A stretch of 64,000 nt of DNA from Oligoflexus sp. (GTDB taxonomy: Bacteria > Bdellovibrionota_B > Oligoflexia > Oligoflexales > Oligoflexaceae): positions 68,149 to 132,148 of the forward strand of contig JACMOC010000083.1 in the NCBI GenBank assembly GCA_014378195.1, given 5' to 3'. Positions 28,794 through 38,025 of the stretch are shown here, piece after piece (the stretch's first letter is position 1; every line of letters begins with the position of its first letter). A model generated the notes under the pieces. That model searched no databases, had not been told where the DNA came from, and saw only the letters and a list, made by a program, of their open reading frames with translations. The translations under genes and the position numbers were made by a program.

Positions 28794-29654
28794 ATGAGAC
28801 TCATTCATATTTCTGATCTCCATTTTGGTCCACTCTATGATTCGGAGGTCGGAGAAAGCCTGCTGACTAGTATTCAAGAGGCAGCCGCCACGACTCTCGT
28901 CGTGACAGGAGACATGACACAACGTGCTACGCGGAGTCAATTCATTGCCGCCTCTGAATGGTTAAAACGCGCAAGGCAACATGTTGAAAATATTGTTATA
29001 TGTCCTGGTAACCATGATATTGCACTCTACCGCATCTGGGAGCGTGTTTTTAATCCCTTTCAGCTCTACCAGGACTATATACATCCCGACCTCGACCAGG
29101 TCTTTCACGGAACCGATGTAACGATCGTTTCGTTGAACAGTGTGCGGCCTTTGAGTCGGCTCGTCCAAGGAAAGTTGAGTCGAAAGCAGTTCCTTCTGAC
29201 CGCCAATGCTTTTGCTAAGAAACATAGCGATGAAAACAAACTTCATATCCTCGCATTTCATCATCCTTTGATTACCTTTCAGAAGCAGGATCATCATCCG
29301 GGACTCGATGTTTCGTGGCAAACGATTTCAGGCGGTGAGCGCGTCGATGTCGTGCTCACAGGACATTTGCATGATTCTGAAGTTCACTTGAGGCATGATG
29401 AAGGAACTGGCAAACCTATGGTTCTTATCTCCTGCGGGACTTCGGCTTCAAAACGTGGGCGCGGTAAAGATGAGGGCCGTAACAGTTATAATTTGATTGA
29501 AGGGAATCGGAGTGATTTAGTGGTTGCAACCCACTATTATGATCGAGAGAAAAAAAGCTTCGATATGATGGACGAAGCTCATTTTGATTTGAAGACGGCA
29601 TCGTTTCCTTCAAGATCACAATCGACTGTGGCGAGTTTGGCAAGGGATGCTTAA
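28794..29654 (+). CDS. Calcineurin-like metallophosphoesterase (CpdA/Icc-like)
   Basis: HISDLHFG, TGDMT, PGNHD, HHP, TGHLH; SD GAGGTG. Confidence 0.92.
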   Translation: MRLIHISDLHFGPLYDSEVGESLLTSIQEAAATTLVVTGDMTQRATRSQFIAASEWLKRARQHVENIVICPGNHDIALYRIWERVFNPFQLYQDYIHPDLDQVFHGTDVTIVSLNSVRPLSRLVQGKLSRKQFLLTANAFAKKHSDENKLHILAFHHPLITFQKQDHHPGLDVSWQTISGGERVDVVLTGHLHDSEVHLRHDEGTGKPMVLISCGTSASKRGRGKDEGRNSYNLIEGNRSDLVVATHYYDREKKSFDMMDEAHFDLKTASFPSRSQSTVASLARDA

Positions 29655-30565
29655 GGCACAAGTTGAGGCGGCTGTCGCTTTATTGGGTGGATTACGTACC
29701 CTTCGTGCTCAAGAAGTTTTAGCAGGCCCTCAGGGCCGGCGAAGTGGGCGGCTCCCACTGCGATAAGCGTATGGTTTGGGCTCGAAAGTTTAGGCAGGGC
29801 AAGCATCCAATGATGATTACGTTCGTCGAGGAGGCTGGTGCGAATCTCTTTGGGGACATCCTCCAGAAGGGCATCGAGGGCTTCTGTATCGCCTGAATTA
29901 AAGGCTTTTTTCATTGTATCGTACGATTCGGATTCGTCGGTCCACTCATCCAGCATTTTTTTGAGAGCATCGATGGTGAAAATATTCTTGAGATAGATGA
30001 GTTGTTCTTCATTGGTTTCGAAAGTGCGGGTTTTTTTATGAAGAGCCTTAGCTTTATCGAAAATGATCTGGTCGATCGACAACTGTCCTTCCTTCATGTC
30101 ATCTTCCGCTTTGGCCTGCGATTGAAGTAGAAAAATTCCGGCAGCGAGGGGTGTGATTGTATGGAGTTGTGCTTCGGGCACAGGAGAACCTGAGTCCTTA
30201 AGGACCTTGGTGAATTTTTCCCAATACGGTTTGCCAAACATATCGGATAGGTTAACGCCGGCCGGCATCGTGAGAAAGCGTTCCATGAGACGACTGTCGG
30301 AGTTTCCGATGTCTGTCTCTATTAGCACCGTATCCGCTTGATTTATGCGACTCCAAAGCACCGGATTCATATCTTCGGGTGTAATTCCGACATGCATTGT
30401 GCCAACTAATGTTAAGATTTGCTTCCCTTTTGTCGCCTCCCATAAAAAACTATGAGGACGTGAGTCGTATTTTTCAACGGCTTTTGACGGTGAGACACAG
30501 CCCGTGATGAGTCCCCAAATACAGAGAATCATGAGAAATATAATTTTTGACCGGGTCTGCTTCAT
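29651..30565 (-). CDS. TraB/GumN family lipoprotein
   Basis: Lipobox ITGC; LW....GTMH, FET.EEQ, LLDERN..W, AVGAAH..G..GLL.LL...GY. Confidence 0.9.
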   Translation of the reverse strand: MKQTRSKIIFLMILCIWGLITGCVSPSKAVEKYDSRPHSFLWEATKGKQILTLVGTMHVGITPEDMNPVLWSRINQADTVLIETDIGNSDSRLMERFLTMPAGVNLSDMFGKPYWEKFTKVLKDSGSPVPEAQLHTITPLAAGIFLLQSQAKAEDDMKEGQLSIDQIIFDKAKALHKKTRTFETNEEQLIYLKNIFTIDALKKMLDEWTDESESYDTMKKAFNSGDTEALDALLEDVPKEIRTSLLDERNHHWMLALPKLSSPNHTLIAVGAAHFAGPEGLLKLLEHEGYVIHPIKRQPPQLVP

Positions 30566-30684
30566 CTGAAAACCTCGAGCTTACATAAGCATGTAGGTGT
30601 TGATCATCATGGGGAGAAAGTTTATAATGGATGGCGAACGAGTGCTATAGCGTCGCTTTCTACTGAGCAGGGGGATTTTCCACG

Positions 30685-30834
30685 ATGTTTACAACTGACG
30701 ATCTACGCGTTGAATCAGCCGCAGACTTCATCGATATACTTCCAATTTTCATTTTTGTTGCCTTTATCGGACCATTTCTGCTGGTTGCCTACACAGTCGG
30801 TGCAATCTCCGATCTCGTGGGCTGGCTCGATTAA
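30685..30834 (+). CDS. Small (49 aa) membrane protein not in the ORF track
   Basis: GGGGGA SD; MFTTDDLRVESAADFIDILPIFIFVAFIGPFLLVAYTVGAISDLVGWLD; followed by a terminator. Confidence 0.6.
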   Translation: MFTTDDLRVESAADFIDILPIFIFVAFIGPFLLVAYTVGAISDLVGWLD

Positions 30835-30883
30835 TTCTCTGTTTTTTGCTAGTGATTGAGCTCTTCTCTTTGAATGAAGACGC

Positions 30884-30915
30884 AAAAAAGTCTACCCGTT
30901 AAGGTAGACTTTTTT
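30884..30915. terminator. Bidirectional terminator
   Basis: AAAAAAGTCTACC-CGTTAA-GGTAGACTTTTTT. Confidence 0.85.
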
Positions 30916-30937
30916 GTGGCCGCATTCCGGAAGTATT

Positions 30938-31540
30938 TTATTTAAGAAGTTCGTCAGCATACTGAGCGAGTAGTTCTTTGCTCACCGGGCCAGCTTCCTT
31001 GTGGATGACGATGCCATCTTTATTGATAAAGAAAGTCTCTGGCACACCTGTTACTCCATAATCAATGGCTGATTTCCCATCTTCGGCGTCGAGTCCAAGC
31101 ATGTAGGTCTTCCCGAAGCTGTGAGCGAACTGAAGCGCTGCATCGGGAGTATCCTGAATCGCTATCCCCGCAACAACGAGACCTTTGTCCTTATACCGTT
31201 GCCAGAAAGCTTCGAAATCAGAGGCTTCGGCTCGGCAGCTATAGCACCAGCTCGCCCAGAAATTCAAAATAACAGGTCGACCTTTAAAATCCGCAAGTCC
31301 GAACCCTTCGGGACGAGGGGTTTTAAGATGCTGCTGGCCCTGAAGCCACTTCACTTCGAACGACAAAGCAGGTTGACCGAGGAAGGCTGAAGGGACTTTT
31401 GTTGGATCGGAACCTAGACCGCGCCAAAGGACGAGAAGAAAAAGAATGGCCGCCACGACAAAAACGCCGACGACGATTTTCGCCTTTTTACCGAGTCCGG
31501 GTAGGACAACTTTTGCTTCGTTCGTCTCAGCCATTTTCAT
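30938..31540 (-). CDS. ccmG: Thiol:disulfide oxidoreductase CcmG/DsbE
   Basis: N-terminal TM; LNFWASWCYSC; YGVTGVPETF; last gene of the ccm run. Confidence 0.85.
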   Translation of the reverse strand: MKMAETNEAKVVLPGLGKKAKIVVGVFVVAAILFLLVLWRGLGSDPTKVPSAFLGQPALSFEVKWLQGQQHLKTPRPEGFGLADFKGRPVILNFWASWCYSCRAEASDFEAFWQRYKDKGLVVAGIAIQDTPDAALQFAHSFGKTYMLGLDAEDGKSAIDYGVTGVPETFFINKDGIVIHKEAGPVSKELLAQYADELLK

Positions 31541-31989
31541 TGCTCCTTGAACATCGACGTTTCAAGCATTTTTTTATCGAGGGAATGCTCTGCGTCGGGC
31601 TTTTTGTACTCTTCTGAATGTTTGACCATCAGTTTCTGCGACACCATAGACTGACCATCTTTACTGATGTGTCCTTCCACAACAACGCCTGACATCTCCT
31701 TAAACATATCAGGCGGATTCCCTTTGTGGGCGACTTTTATTTCGTGGCCCTTGAGATCGGAAATCACAAAGTTCAAAGCGAGATCCTCAGGCTTCCAGTC
31801 GACGCTGCCGGCTTTCACCATCCCGCCGACTTTGATAGTCTTTGCGTCAATTTCAGCAGCTTTCGCCATAGCTTCGTCAGGCGTGTAGAAATAAACGACG
31901 TTGTCGCCGAATTTGAGATTGGAAATTGCGATGGCGAGAACCAAAATAATGCCGCCGCCAACGAACCATTTTAAAGGGATCTTACTCAT
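31537..31989 (-). CDS. ccmE: Heme chaperone CcmE
   Basis: YFYTP, VGGMVKAGS, PDMFKE..GVVVEG, heme motif KHSEEY. Confidence 0.93.
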   Translation of the reverse strand: MSKIPLKWFVGGGIILVLAIAISNLKFGDNVVYFYTPDEAMAKAAEIDAKTIKVGGMVKAGSVDWKPEDLALNFVISDLKGHEIKVAHKGNPPDMFKEMSGVVVEGHISKDGQSMVSQKLMVKHSEEYKKPDAEHSLDKKMLETSMFKEQ

Positions 31990-32141
31990 CTATTGGTAGC
32001 TCCTTCATGAACTGCGATCTCTAGAGCCCGCAGTTTTTTGCGCAGCGAGAGTTGCCAGCCGCTATAGGCTAGCAACACGAAGATGCCGATGCCATAAGCC
32101 GCGGCCATATACGGAACAGGATCGGTCTGAGTTCCAAACAT
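31986..32141 (-). CDS. ccmD: Heme exporter protein CcmD (51 aa, not in the ORF track)
   Basis: MFGTQTDPVPYMAAAYGIGIFVLLAYSGWQLSLRKKLRALE...; Y..AAY TM plus basic tail; lies between ccmC and ccmE with ATGA overlap. Confidence 0.8.
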   Translation of the reverse strand: MFGTQTDPVPYMAAAYGIGIFVLLAYSGWQLSLRKKLRALEIAVHEGATNR

Positions 32142-32175
32142 AGGACATCACCTTTTACTTGAAAACCAAGAGGAA

Positions 32176-32874
32176 TCAGTGGCTATGAACACTGTGACTG
32201 TGCTCTTCGATGGAAGCCTGCAGCTTAAGATTGACGGAACGCGTCCATAGGAGCCAGGCTCCAATCAATATCATGGCGACTAGGCAGGTCATAAGTATTT
32301 TTACCATATCCGGATCCATGGACGAACCTCCGGAGCGAAGGAGGCTTGGCGGCTGATGCAGGGTGCGCCACCAGGTAACACTTTTGTAAATAATAGGAAC
32401 ATCAAGTCCTATAATTACCCCTAAGGCAGCCGACATGCGATCTCTCTGCGGCCCAGGTGACATGCTGCTTGTGAAGATTAGATAACCCGCATAAAGGAGG
32501 GCGAGGAGAAGCGTTGTTGTAAGACGAGCGTCCCAATCCCACCAAACACCCCAGGTCGGCCGGCCCCATATAGAGCCCGTAACGAGAGTCAGGACTGTGA
32601 AAATCAAACCGACTTCGGCGCTCGCCTTTGACCACACCGCAGCCGTTGGACTGCGTTTAAAAAGAGTCCAAAGACTTAAAACCGCAAGGACAGCCGATGA
32701 TAAAAAAGCGGTAATCGCAGAGGGCACGTGAAAATAAATAATACGATACACCTCGCCCTGAGCAGCGTCGGGTGGCGCGAATTTAAGAGCGTAAAACCAG
32801 CAGAGTCCAGCGAAGGCAAAAACAGCGATACCCAACGCCAAGGTCAGGCGATCTTGCTTTCTCGCATCGATCAT
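32176..32874 (-). CDS. ccmC: Heme exporter CcmC
   Basis: RIIYFHVP, TGSIWGRPTWGVWWDWDARLT, WWRTLHQ. Confidence 0.95.
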   Translation of the reverse strand: MIDARKQDRLTLALGIAVFAFAGLCWFYALKFAPPDAAQGEVYRIIYFHVPSAITAFLSSAVLAVLSLWTLFKRSPTAAVWSKASAEVGLIFTVLTLVTGSIWGRPTWGVWWDWDARLTTTLLLALLYAGYLIFTSSMSPGPQRDRMSAALGVIIGLDVPIIYKSVTWWRTLHQPPSLLRSGGSSMDPDMVKILMTCLVAMILIGAWLLWTRSVNLKLQASIEEHSHSVHSH

Positions 32875-32897
32875 AGACAATTCCTTTAAAATGCAGG

Positions 32898-33593
32898 CTA
32901 TTCCGGTTTTACCAATTCGCCAAAGAGCAACAGGCAGAGAGTAAAATACATTATACCAAAAATTACAAGGAGTCCCAGCCAGGAACTCATTAAATAGCTC
33001 AAATCCTTGCCATCAACGAGTATTGCGTGACTCGATTCCACAGCGGACAGAAGCACGGGAATGGTAAGAGGGAAATAAATGAGAGGGTAGAGGATCTGTT
33101 TGGCGTTCGAACGCAGCATCATCGTGGACAAAAGAACGCCCAGAGCCCCCAAACTTAAAAGTGCCATTAAGGCGATTATCGCGAGTGAACCATTGAGAAG
33201 GCTTTTGCCGCTGACATTAAGAAAAAGATCGGAGAGAAAAAGCGTCGGCGCAAGTATCAGCACACCCAAAGCAATGACGATCGTATATTTGCTCAGAAAC
33301 CATGCACTTGGCGAGATAGGATAGGTCCGCAGCTGGTCAAAAACCCGATCTTGCATATCGGGCTCCAGAACCCGCGAAAAGGATATTTGCAGTGAAAAAA
33401 ACGCGGTGAGGAAAGTTGCCGCGATATAAAGCTGCGGGATAAACTTCGGCTCGACCGTTCCAAATGTAAAAACAAAAAGAAGGATCATCGTCCCCGAAAA
33501 GAGAAGGGGAGATAACCAGCGTTCGGCGTTTGCCCATTCTACTTGAACAGCCTGCCACAGAAGGGCGCGATATTGGGCTAGGAAAGTCTTCAT
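32898..33593 (-). CDS. ccmB: Heme exporter CcmB
   Basis: About 6 TM, LYPLIYFPLTIPVL; lies between ccmA and ccmC. Confidence 0.88.
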   Translation of the reverse strand: MKTFLAQYRALLWQAVQVEWANAERWLSPLLFSGTMILLFVFTFGTVEPKFIPQLYIAATFLTAFFSLQISFSRVLEPDMQDRVFDQLRTYPISPSAWFLSKYTIVIALGVLILAPTLFLSDLFLNVSGKSLLNGSLAIIALMALLSLGALGVLLSTMMLRSNAKQILYPLIYFPLTIPVLLSAVESSHAILVDGKDLSYLMSSWLGLLVIFGIMYFTLCLLLFGELVKPE

Positions 33594-34234
33594 CAAGAGG
33601 CCCTTCCGTCGTGGAGCAGATCGAGTTTACGGACGCGAAAACGTTCCAGGGGAGCGATGTCGTGGCTGACGATAATAGTGATGCCCTGACTTAGCAAATG
33701 ACCGTTTAACATCGTCTGGAATGTGTCGATGCCCTTGGCATCAAGGCCATAGAGGGGCTCGTCTAAAAGCCAGCAAGGTGTTTTTGAGAGTTCGAGTCGC
33801 GCCAGAGCCAGACGTCTTTTCATGCCTGTCGAGAAACTCTCGACAGAAAAATTCTCGCGTATGAGAGGGTGATCAAGTTCCCAGTTTTTAAGAATTGGCC
33901 GTATCGCATTATCACTGTCGTCAAGGCCGCGGAGTCGAAGCCAGAGACGCAGGTTGCTCATCGCATCCATTTTGCCGAAAAGCGCGTTGGCTTCGGCGGG
34001 GAGATATTCGACAAAAGAACGGCGGTCGAGAGCCGTAGTGCCATCCGGAAGGCGATAGTGAATCGTACCGGCACTCTCTTTGCGAAGACCTGCAAGTATG
34101 CTCATCAGAGTAGTTTTGCCACTTCCGTTCGGGCCGGTGATATGGAGAATTTCGCCCGGTTTCGCATCGAAACTGAGGCCGGAAAGGATGGTCTTGTACT
34201 GATATTTAAACCCTAGGCTTTTGATCTCGAGCAC
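33593..34234 (-). CDS. ccmA: Heme ABC exporter ATP-binding CcmA
   Basis: GPNGSGKTT, FSTGMKRRLALARL, WLLDEP, SH. Confidence 0.9.
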   Translation of the reverse strand: MLEIKSLGFKYQYKTILSGLSFDAKPGEILHITGPNGSGKTTLMSILAGLRKESAGTIHYRLPDGTTALDRRSFVEYLPAEANALFGKMDAMSNLRLWLRLRGLDDSDNAIRPILKNWELDHPLIRENFSVESFSTGMKRRLALARLELSKTPCWLLDEPLYGLDAKGIDTFQTMLNGHLLSQGITIIVSHDIAPLERFRVRKLDLLHDGRAS

Positions 34235-34235
34235 T

Positions 34236-35384
34236 TCAATAATCCGCTATATTAATTCCGACGTTAATCACACTTCTTCGTTCTATCACGCGCGCGCTCC
34301 CAGCACCAATATCTTCCGCAAAGGAGGCTATTTGTGCGCTGAGTATGCCGAGGTTGATGCCGGTACCGTAACTGAGACCAGCCGCGTTGTAACCCAAACG
34401 AATGCCCACTCCAGAGTCGGCACCATGACGATCCCCAAAGGTTAATTCCGATGAGACCCGAAATTTGTCGCGGGTCGGGACAGACGCCTGCGCAAGATCA
34501 GTCGCTTCCGCAGTGAGGTGGAGGGTTCCCCAATTTTTGATGGAAGGCGAAATGCTCAATCCTAGAGTCTCACGTTCCTGCGTGACTTCGGTGCTGAGCG
34601 TTTTGTCGGAGGGGGTATATCGCGTTGAACCAACGTCATTAATGACCAAACTCACAGTGGGTTTTAAGAAATGACTAAAGCGGTAGAGCATACCGAGATG
34701 AATAGGCATTCCCTCGTAGGATCTCCGGCCGTTAAGTACAGCAGCTTTCCGGGCAGCCTCGGTCGTTGCCGTCGCCTCATCCCATTCGGCTATGGTCTGA
34801 GTTGTTTTAAGAAAAGCGGCCGACACACCCATATAAAATTCGTTTTTCGCGGCAGCTTCACTGAAGCCGATAAACGGCCCACTCATCGTTCGTTCATCGA
34901 CATGGAGCGACGGTTTGCTCGGGTCTTCATTGTTTCTATAGGAAGCTATGCGCTCGTTGTATGTGTAGCCGACCAGGACCCGCTTAAACAGGGCGAGGGG
35001 GGTCAACGATAATCGCGCATAGGGTCTTATGGAGTCAGACGAAGGTTTCAGTTCTTTTGCAAGTTTATCGCTGGAAAGCGGCTCGCCCGTTAGACGGTCA
35101 TTCATGACCTTATTGCCCCCATCACCGGAACTGCTCCCGATATAGGGAAAAAACAGATGGGTAATAAGGGGTTTTTCGGCCTTTTCATAAAAATCCCCAA
35201 TTAAAGCCGGATTATAGTAAAGCGCGTCCAGGCCGTTTGCCGAAGTCGATAAACACTGGCCGAGCGCGGCGGCTCGCGAGCTGATGAAAGGCGTGTTGTC
35301 AAAGCCCGTGTTCAAAGCGATAGGACTTGCGTTCAAGTGGGTTGCGAAAAGTAACCCTAAAGGGAAAACAATGATGCGGCTCAT
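34236..35384 (-). CDS. Putative outer-membrane beta-barrel protein
   Basis: Signal peptide; RAAALG...DALYYNPA.I N-terminal motif typical of FadL/TraF/PorV-like barrels; alternating beta-strand pattern. Confidence 0.6.
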   Translation of the reverse strand: MSRIIVFPLGLLFATHLNASPIALNTGFDNTPFISSRAAALGQCLSTSANGLDALYYNPALIGDFYEKAEKPLITHLFFPYIGSSSGDGGNKVMNDRLTGEPLSSDKLAKELKPSSDSIRPYARLSLTPLALFKRVLVGYTYNERIASYRNNEDPSKPSLHVDERTMSGPFIGFSEAAAKNEFYMGVSAAFLKTTQTIAEWDEATATTEAARKAAVLNGRRSYEGMPIHLGMLYRFSHFLKPTVSLVINDVGSTRYTPSDKTLSTEVTQERETLGLSISPSIKNWGTLHLTAEATDLAQASVPTRDKFRVSSELTFGDRHGADSGVGIRLGYNAAGLSYGTGINLGILSAQIASFAEDIGAGSARVIERRSVINVGINIADY

Positions 35385-36403
35385 TTTTTAGTCCCTTCTT
35401 TGGTCATGTCTTTGACCCGTGGCCTTAGTTCGGAAAAACACGTGACGTGAACATAAACATTATCCAGGGTATCCGTATCATGGCACTCAATAGCTCCACT
35501 TTTGGGGTCACCCGGGGCATTCTTATACACGTATCGGCAGAGTCCGTTCATTCCTTTCGGAGAGCCCGATTCCGTGAACCGGCCACTTTCCATCTGAAAG
35601 GCATCGCGGGTGGGAAGATTGAATGTAACCTTATGAACTTCTTCCGTTTTATAGCCTACTGAAAGAAGGGCTCCAAGGACTGAACCGCCGCCGGATTGAA
35701 CTTTCTTTTCGTCAGTTTTATCATGATTACCACTGCCGTCTTTCGGCTTTTCACCGTGTTCACCCTCTGCTTTTTTATCGTCTTTCTTATCACCCTTCGT
35801 CGAACCGTCGGCATTTTTTTTGCTGTCGATGTTCACGAGCAGGTTGGGGATAGGAGTTTCGACTGGATTAACGGGTTTGTCCCATTCAGGGAGATTAATG
35901 CGCCAGCGACGGCCCTTGAACGAATCCAAAACTATGGTTCTCTCCCCATCAAGTTCCGATGCTTTACAGGTTTTGATGACGATGTCCTCGTACATTCCTG
36001 CTTCTTTGTCGCCGGCTGCTGTGAAGTTGCCGATTCGATAATCGGTGTTCCATTTCATGACGATGCCTTCGTCCCACTCAGCCTCTATCAGCACAGTCCA
36101 GCTGAGATGTCCGAGGGCGTCGAGGTCATCGATTCGCCATTCTAAAGCTGTGGGTTTGCAGATACGTTTGTCGGTATGTTTTAGATTGGTTCGGACGAGC
36201 AGACATTGCCCCTTTGGGGGTTTCATCCATATTTTTCCGGTGATTGTTTCGGGTGTTTGTCGATTCTCGAGTAGAGATAAGCGGTCGAGCTCAAGCCGGG
36301 TGTTCGGCATGGGCATAAAAAATGTCGATAATTTTTGCGACCGTTCAGCTTCCGGCGCATGGGGACCAAAAAGGAGCGCAGCACCCAGTGCAAGCTCTAT
36401 CAT
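35381..36403 (-). CDS. Hypothetical secreted protein
   Basis: ATG 36403 overlaps upstream stop (ATGA); Cys pairs and a charged low-complexity linker. Confidence 0.65.
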   Translation of the reverse strand: MIELALGAALLFGPHAPEAERSQKLSTFFMPMPNTRLELDRLSLLENRQTPETITGKIWMKPPKGQCLLVRTNLKHTDKRICKPTALEWRIDDLDALGHLSWTVLIEAEWDEGIVMKWNTDYRIGNFTAAGDKEAGMYEDIVIKTCKASELDGERTIVLDSFKGRRWRINLPEWDKPVNPVETPIPNLLVNIDSKKNADGSTKGDKKDDKKAEGEHGEKPKDGSGNHDKTDEKKVQSGGGSVLGALLSVGYKTEEVHKVTFNLPTRDAFQMESGRFTESGSPKGMNGLCRYVYKNAPGDPKSGAIECHDTDTLDNVYVHVTCFSELRPRVKDMTKEGTKK

Positions 36404-37380
36404 TGTTTTTTCGGAGCGTGAGCAGGAGCTGCGGTTTTGGCTAAATCCTCTTGATAGGTAACTTTCCAAAGATCCGTGCTTCCGCCGATGGTGTAAATTA
36501 CGCTCCCGTTTGCCCACCACTGTGGATACCGTTCGCTGAGGGTCGGCGTCGTCGTCAAAAAGCGGCCTTGCCCGTTCATATCGGTGATGCGGATATCGTA
36601 ATCATAGGGCGTTTTACCGACTATGCGAGCTGCCGCATATAGGAGGAGTGCTTTGAACGGGTGCCATCGAGGATCGCGTCCACGGCCAATAAGTTTGGGA
36701 TCTTCGCCTTGAGTCGAAACGTAAAGGTTGGCGTTTTGCGTCGCCCAAGCGACGGTTTTCCCGTCAGGGGATATATCAAACGAGTCGACGCCGCTACCAT
36801 CATCACGAAGCGTGTTGAGTGTGAGGCCCATATCGGTCAACCATAGCATTGATTTCTGCGTGGCAACCCAGCGTCCCGTTTCCACCTTGGTCCGTTTTTG
36901 CCACTTTGCCAACCGCTCGCCAGGGAAATCAAGGCGACGGCTCAAAATGCCTTTTTCATGCATCATAAAGTAGGTGTAATCGCGTGGGTCCAACGTCAAA
37001 AATCCGCTCGATCCTGGGACGACATCTATATTAGACGTTTGGTTTACGTAGGTATCGTAGGCTTTGATTTCGCTCGTTACGGATTTTTTATCGCGGATGA
37101 GTTCGCGGTAGAAAAGGCGATTACCATCTGGACTCCAGAAAAACGATTCGCCTACGCGGTGCGGCGTGACTTCGACGATCTCCTGGGATTCAAGATTCAT
37201 AATGCGCAAAGATTGGCCATGCTGATCGGTGAAGGCCATCTGCGTTTTGTCTTTATTGAGACGTATGCCGATGAGGGGGCCTTCTGTCCTGAGAATCGCA
37301 ACGGGTGCCCCGCTCAAAGCAAAATTGGATTGCAAGAGGATGATGCAGGCTATGAATGGCTTGACGATCCGATTGATCAT
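36400..37380 (-). CDS. TolB-like beta-propeller protein
   Basis: Signal peptide; WSPDG, ISPDGK.VAW, PRWHP, PQWW repeats. Confidence 0.75.
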   Translation of the reverse strand: MINRIVKPFIACIILLQSNFALSGAPVAILRTEGPLIGIRLNKDKTQMAFTDQHGQSLRIMNLESQEIVEVTPHRVGESFFWSPDGNRLFYRELIRDKKSVTSEIKAYDTYVNQTSNIDVVPGSSGFLTLDPRDYTYFMMHEKGILSRRLDFPGERLAKWQKRTKVETGRWVATQKSMLWLTDMGLTLNTLRDDGSGVDSFDISPDGKTVAWATQNANLYVSTQGEDPKLIGRGRDPRWHPFKALLLYAAARIVGKTPYDYDIRITDMNGQGRFLTTTPTLSERYPQWWANGSVIYTIGGSTDLWKVTYQEDLAKTAAPAHAPKKQ

Positions 37381-37564
37381 GCCGGAGTCCTTTGCAAAGA
37401 GTAGAGGGGCATTTCCAAATATCCCCATAGACTATCAAAGCATCGATAGCGGAAGGGGAACAGACGCAAGAACTTCCTAGCCGTCCTAAAACGAGAAAGT
37501 CGATTGATGTTATACTCTTACGGATCATAAGGTGGGTGAGAGTTCTGGGGGCCTGCCCTGAATC

Positions 37565-37591
37565 TCAAGCTTTCCGGGAAAAAGCCGATAA
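37565..37591 (+). promoter_or_regulatory. Sigma-28 promoter
   Basis: TCAAGCTT-N11-GCCGATAA, 26 nt before ATG 37618. Confidence 0.75.
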
Positions 37592-37617
37592 GACTGGGGC
37601 TTAGACGGAGGAACGCC

Positions 37618-37971
37618 ATGCAAAACAAAAAATTAATGACCAGCCTATTCAGTAGCTTATTGCTACTCAGTCTCGCCACCCATTCGGCTTCAGGATTTGC
37701 TGAAGCAAAGAAAAAAGACTCAGCCGCTGCCGGCGCTGATAAAGGTGGCCGTAAAAAGATCATGATTCAGGAAGGTCGCACCAAGGGCTCCTCCAAAACA
37801 GCCATCGATTTTGATGCGGCATCGATTGATGGCGAACGCCGTATCCCAGCCGGTGTCAACATTGGTGGCGCAAAACAAGATAACGAATACGATCTGATCA
37901 ATCTTCGCTCACGTTGGCCCAATGAAATGATCAAATCCACATCGAACCTTGAGACGGGCAAAGGTCAGTAA
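37618..37971 (+). CDS. CglF/GltF-like small secreted gliding-motility protein
   Basis: Signal peptide; KT.IDF...IDGE...P.G......LI.LR..W..E..KS..NL resembles the myxobacterial CglF pattern as I recall it; SD GGAGG. Confidence 0.65.
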   Translation: MQNKKLMTSLFSSLLLLSLATHSASGFAEAKKKDSAAAGADKGGRKKIMIQEGRTKGSSKTAIDFDAASIDGERRIPAGVNIGGAKQDNEYDLINLRSRWPNEMIKSTSNLETGKGQ

Positions 37972-37993
37972 AAATTCCATTCGAATACAAATT

Positions 37994-38021
37994 AAAAGAG
38001 CCTTGTAGAGGCTCTTTTTTT
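37994..38021. terminator. Bidirectional terminator
   Basis: AAAAGAGCC-TTGTAGA-GGCTCTTTTTTT. Confidence 0.85.
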
Positions 38022-38025
38022 GTTT

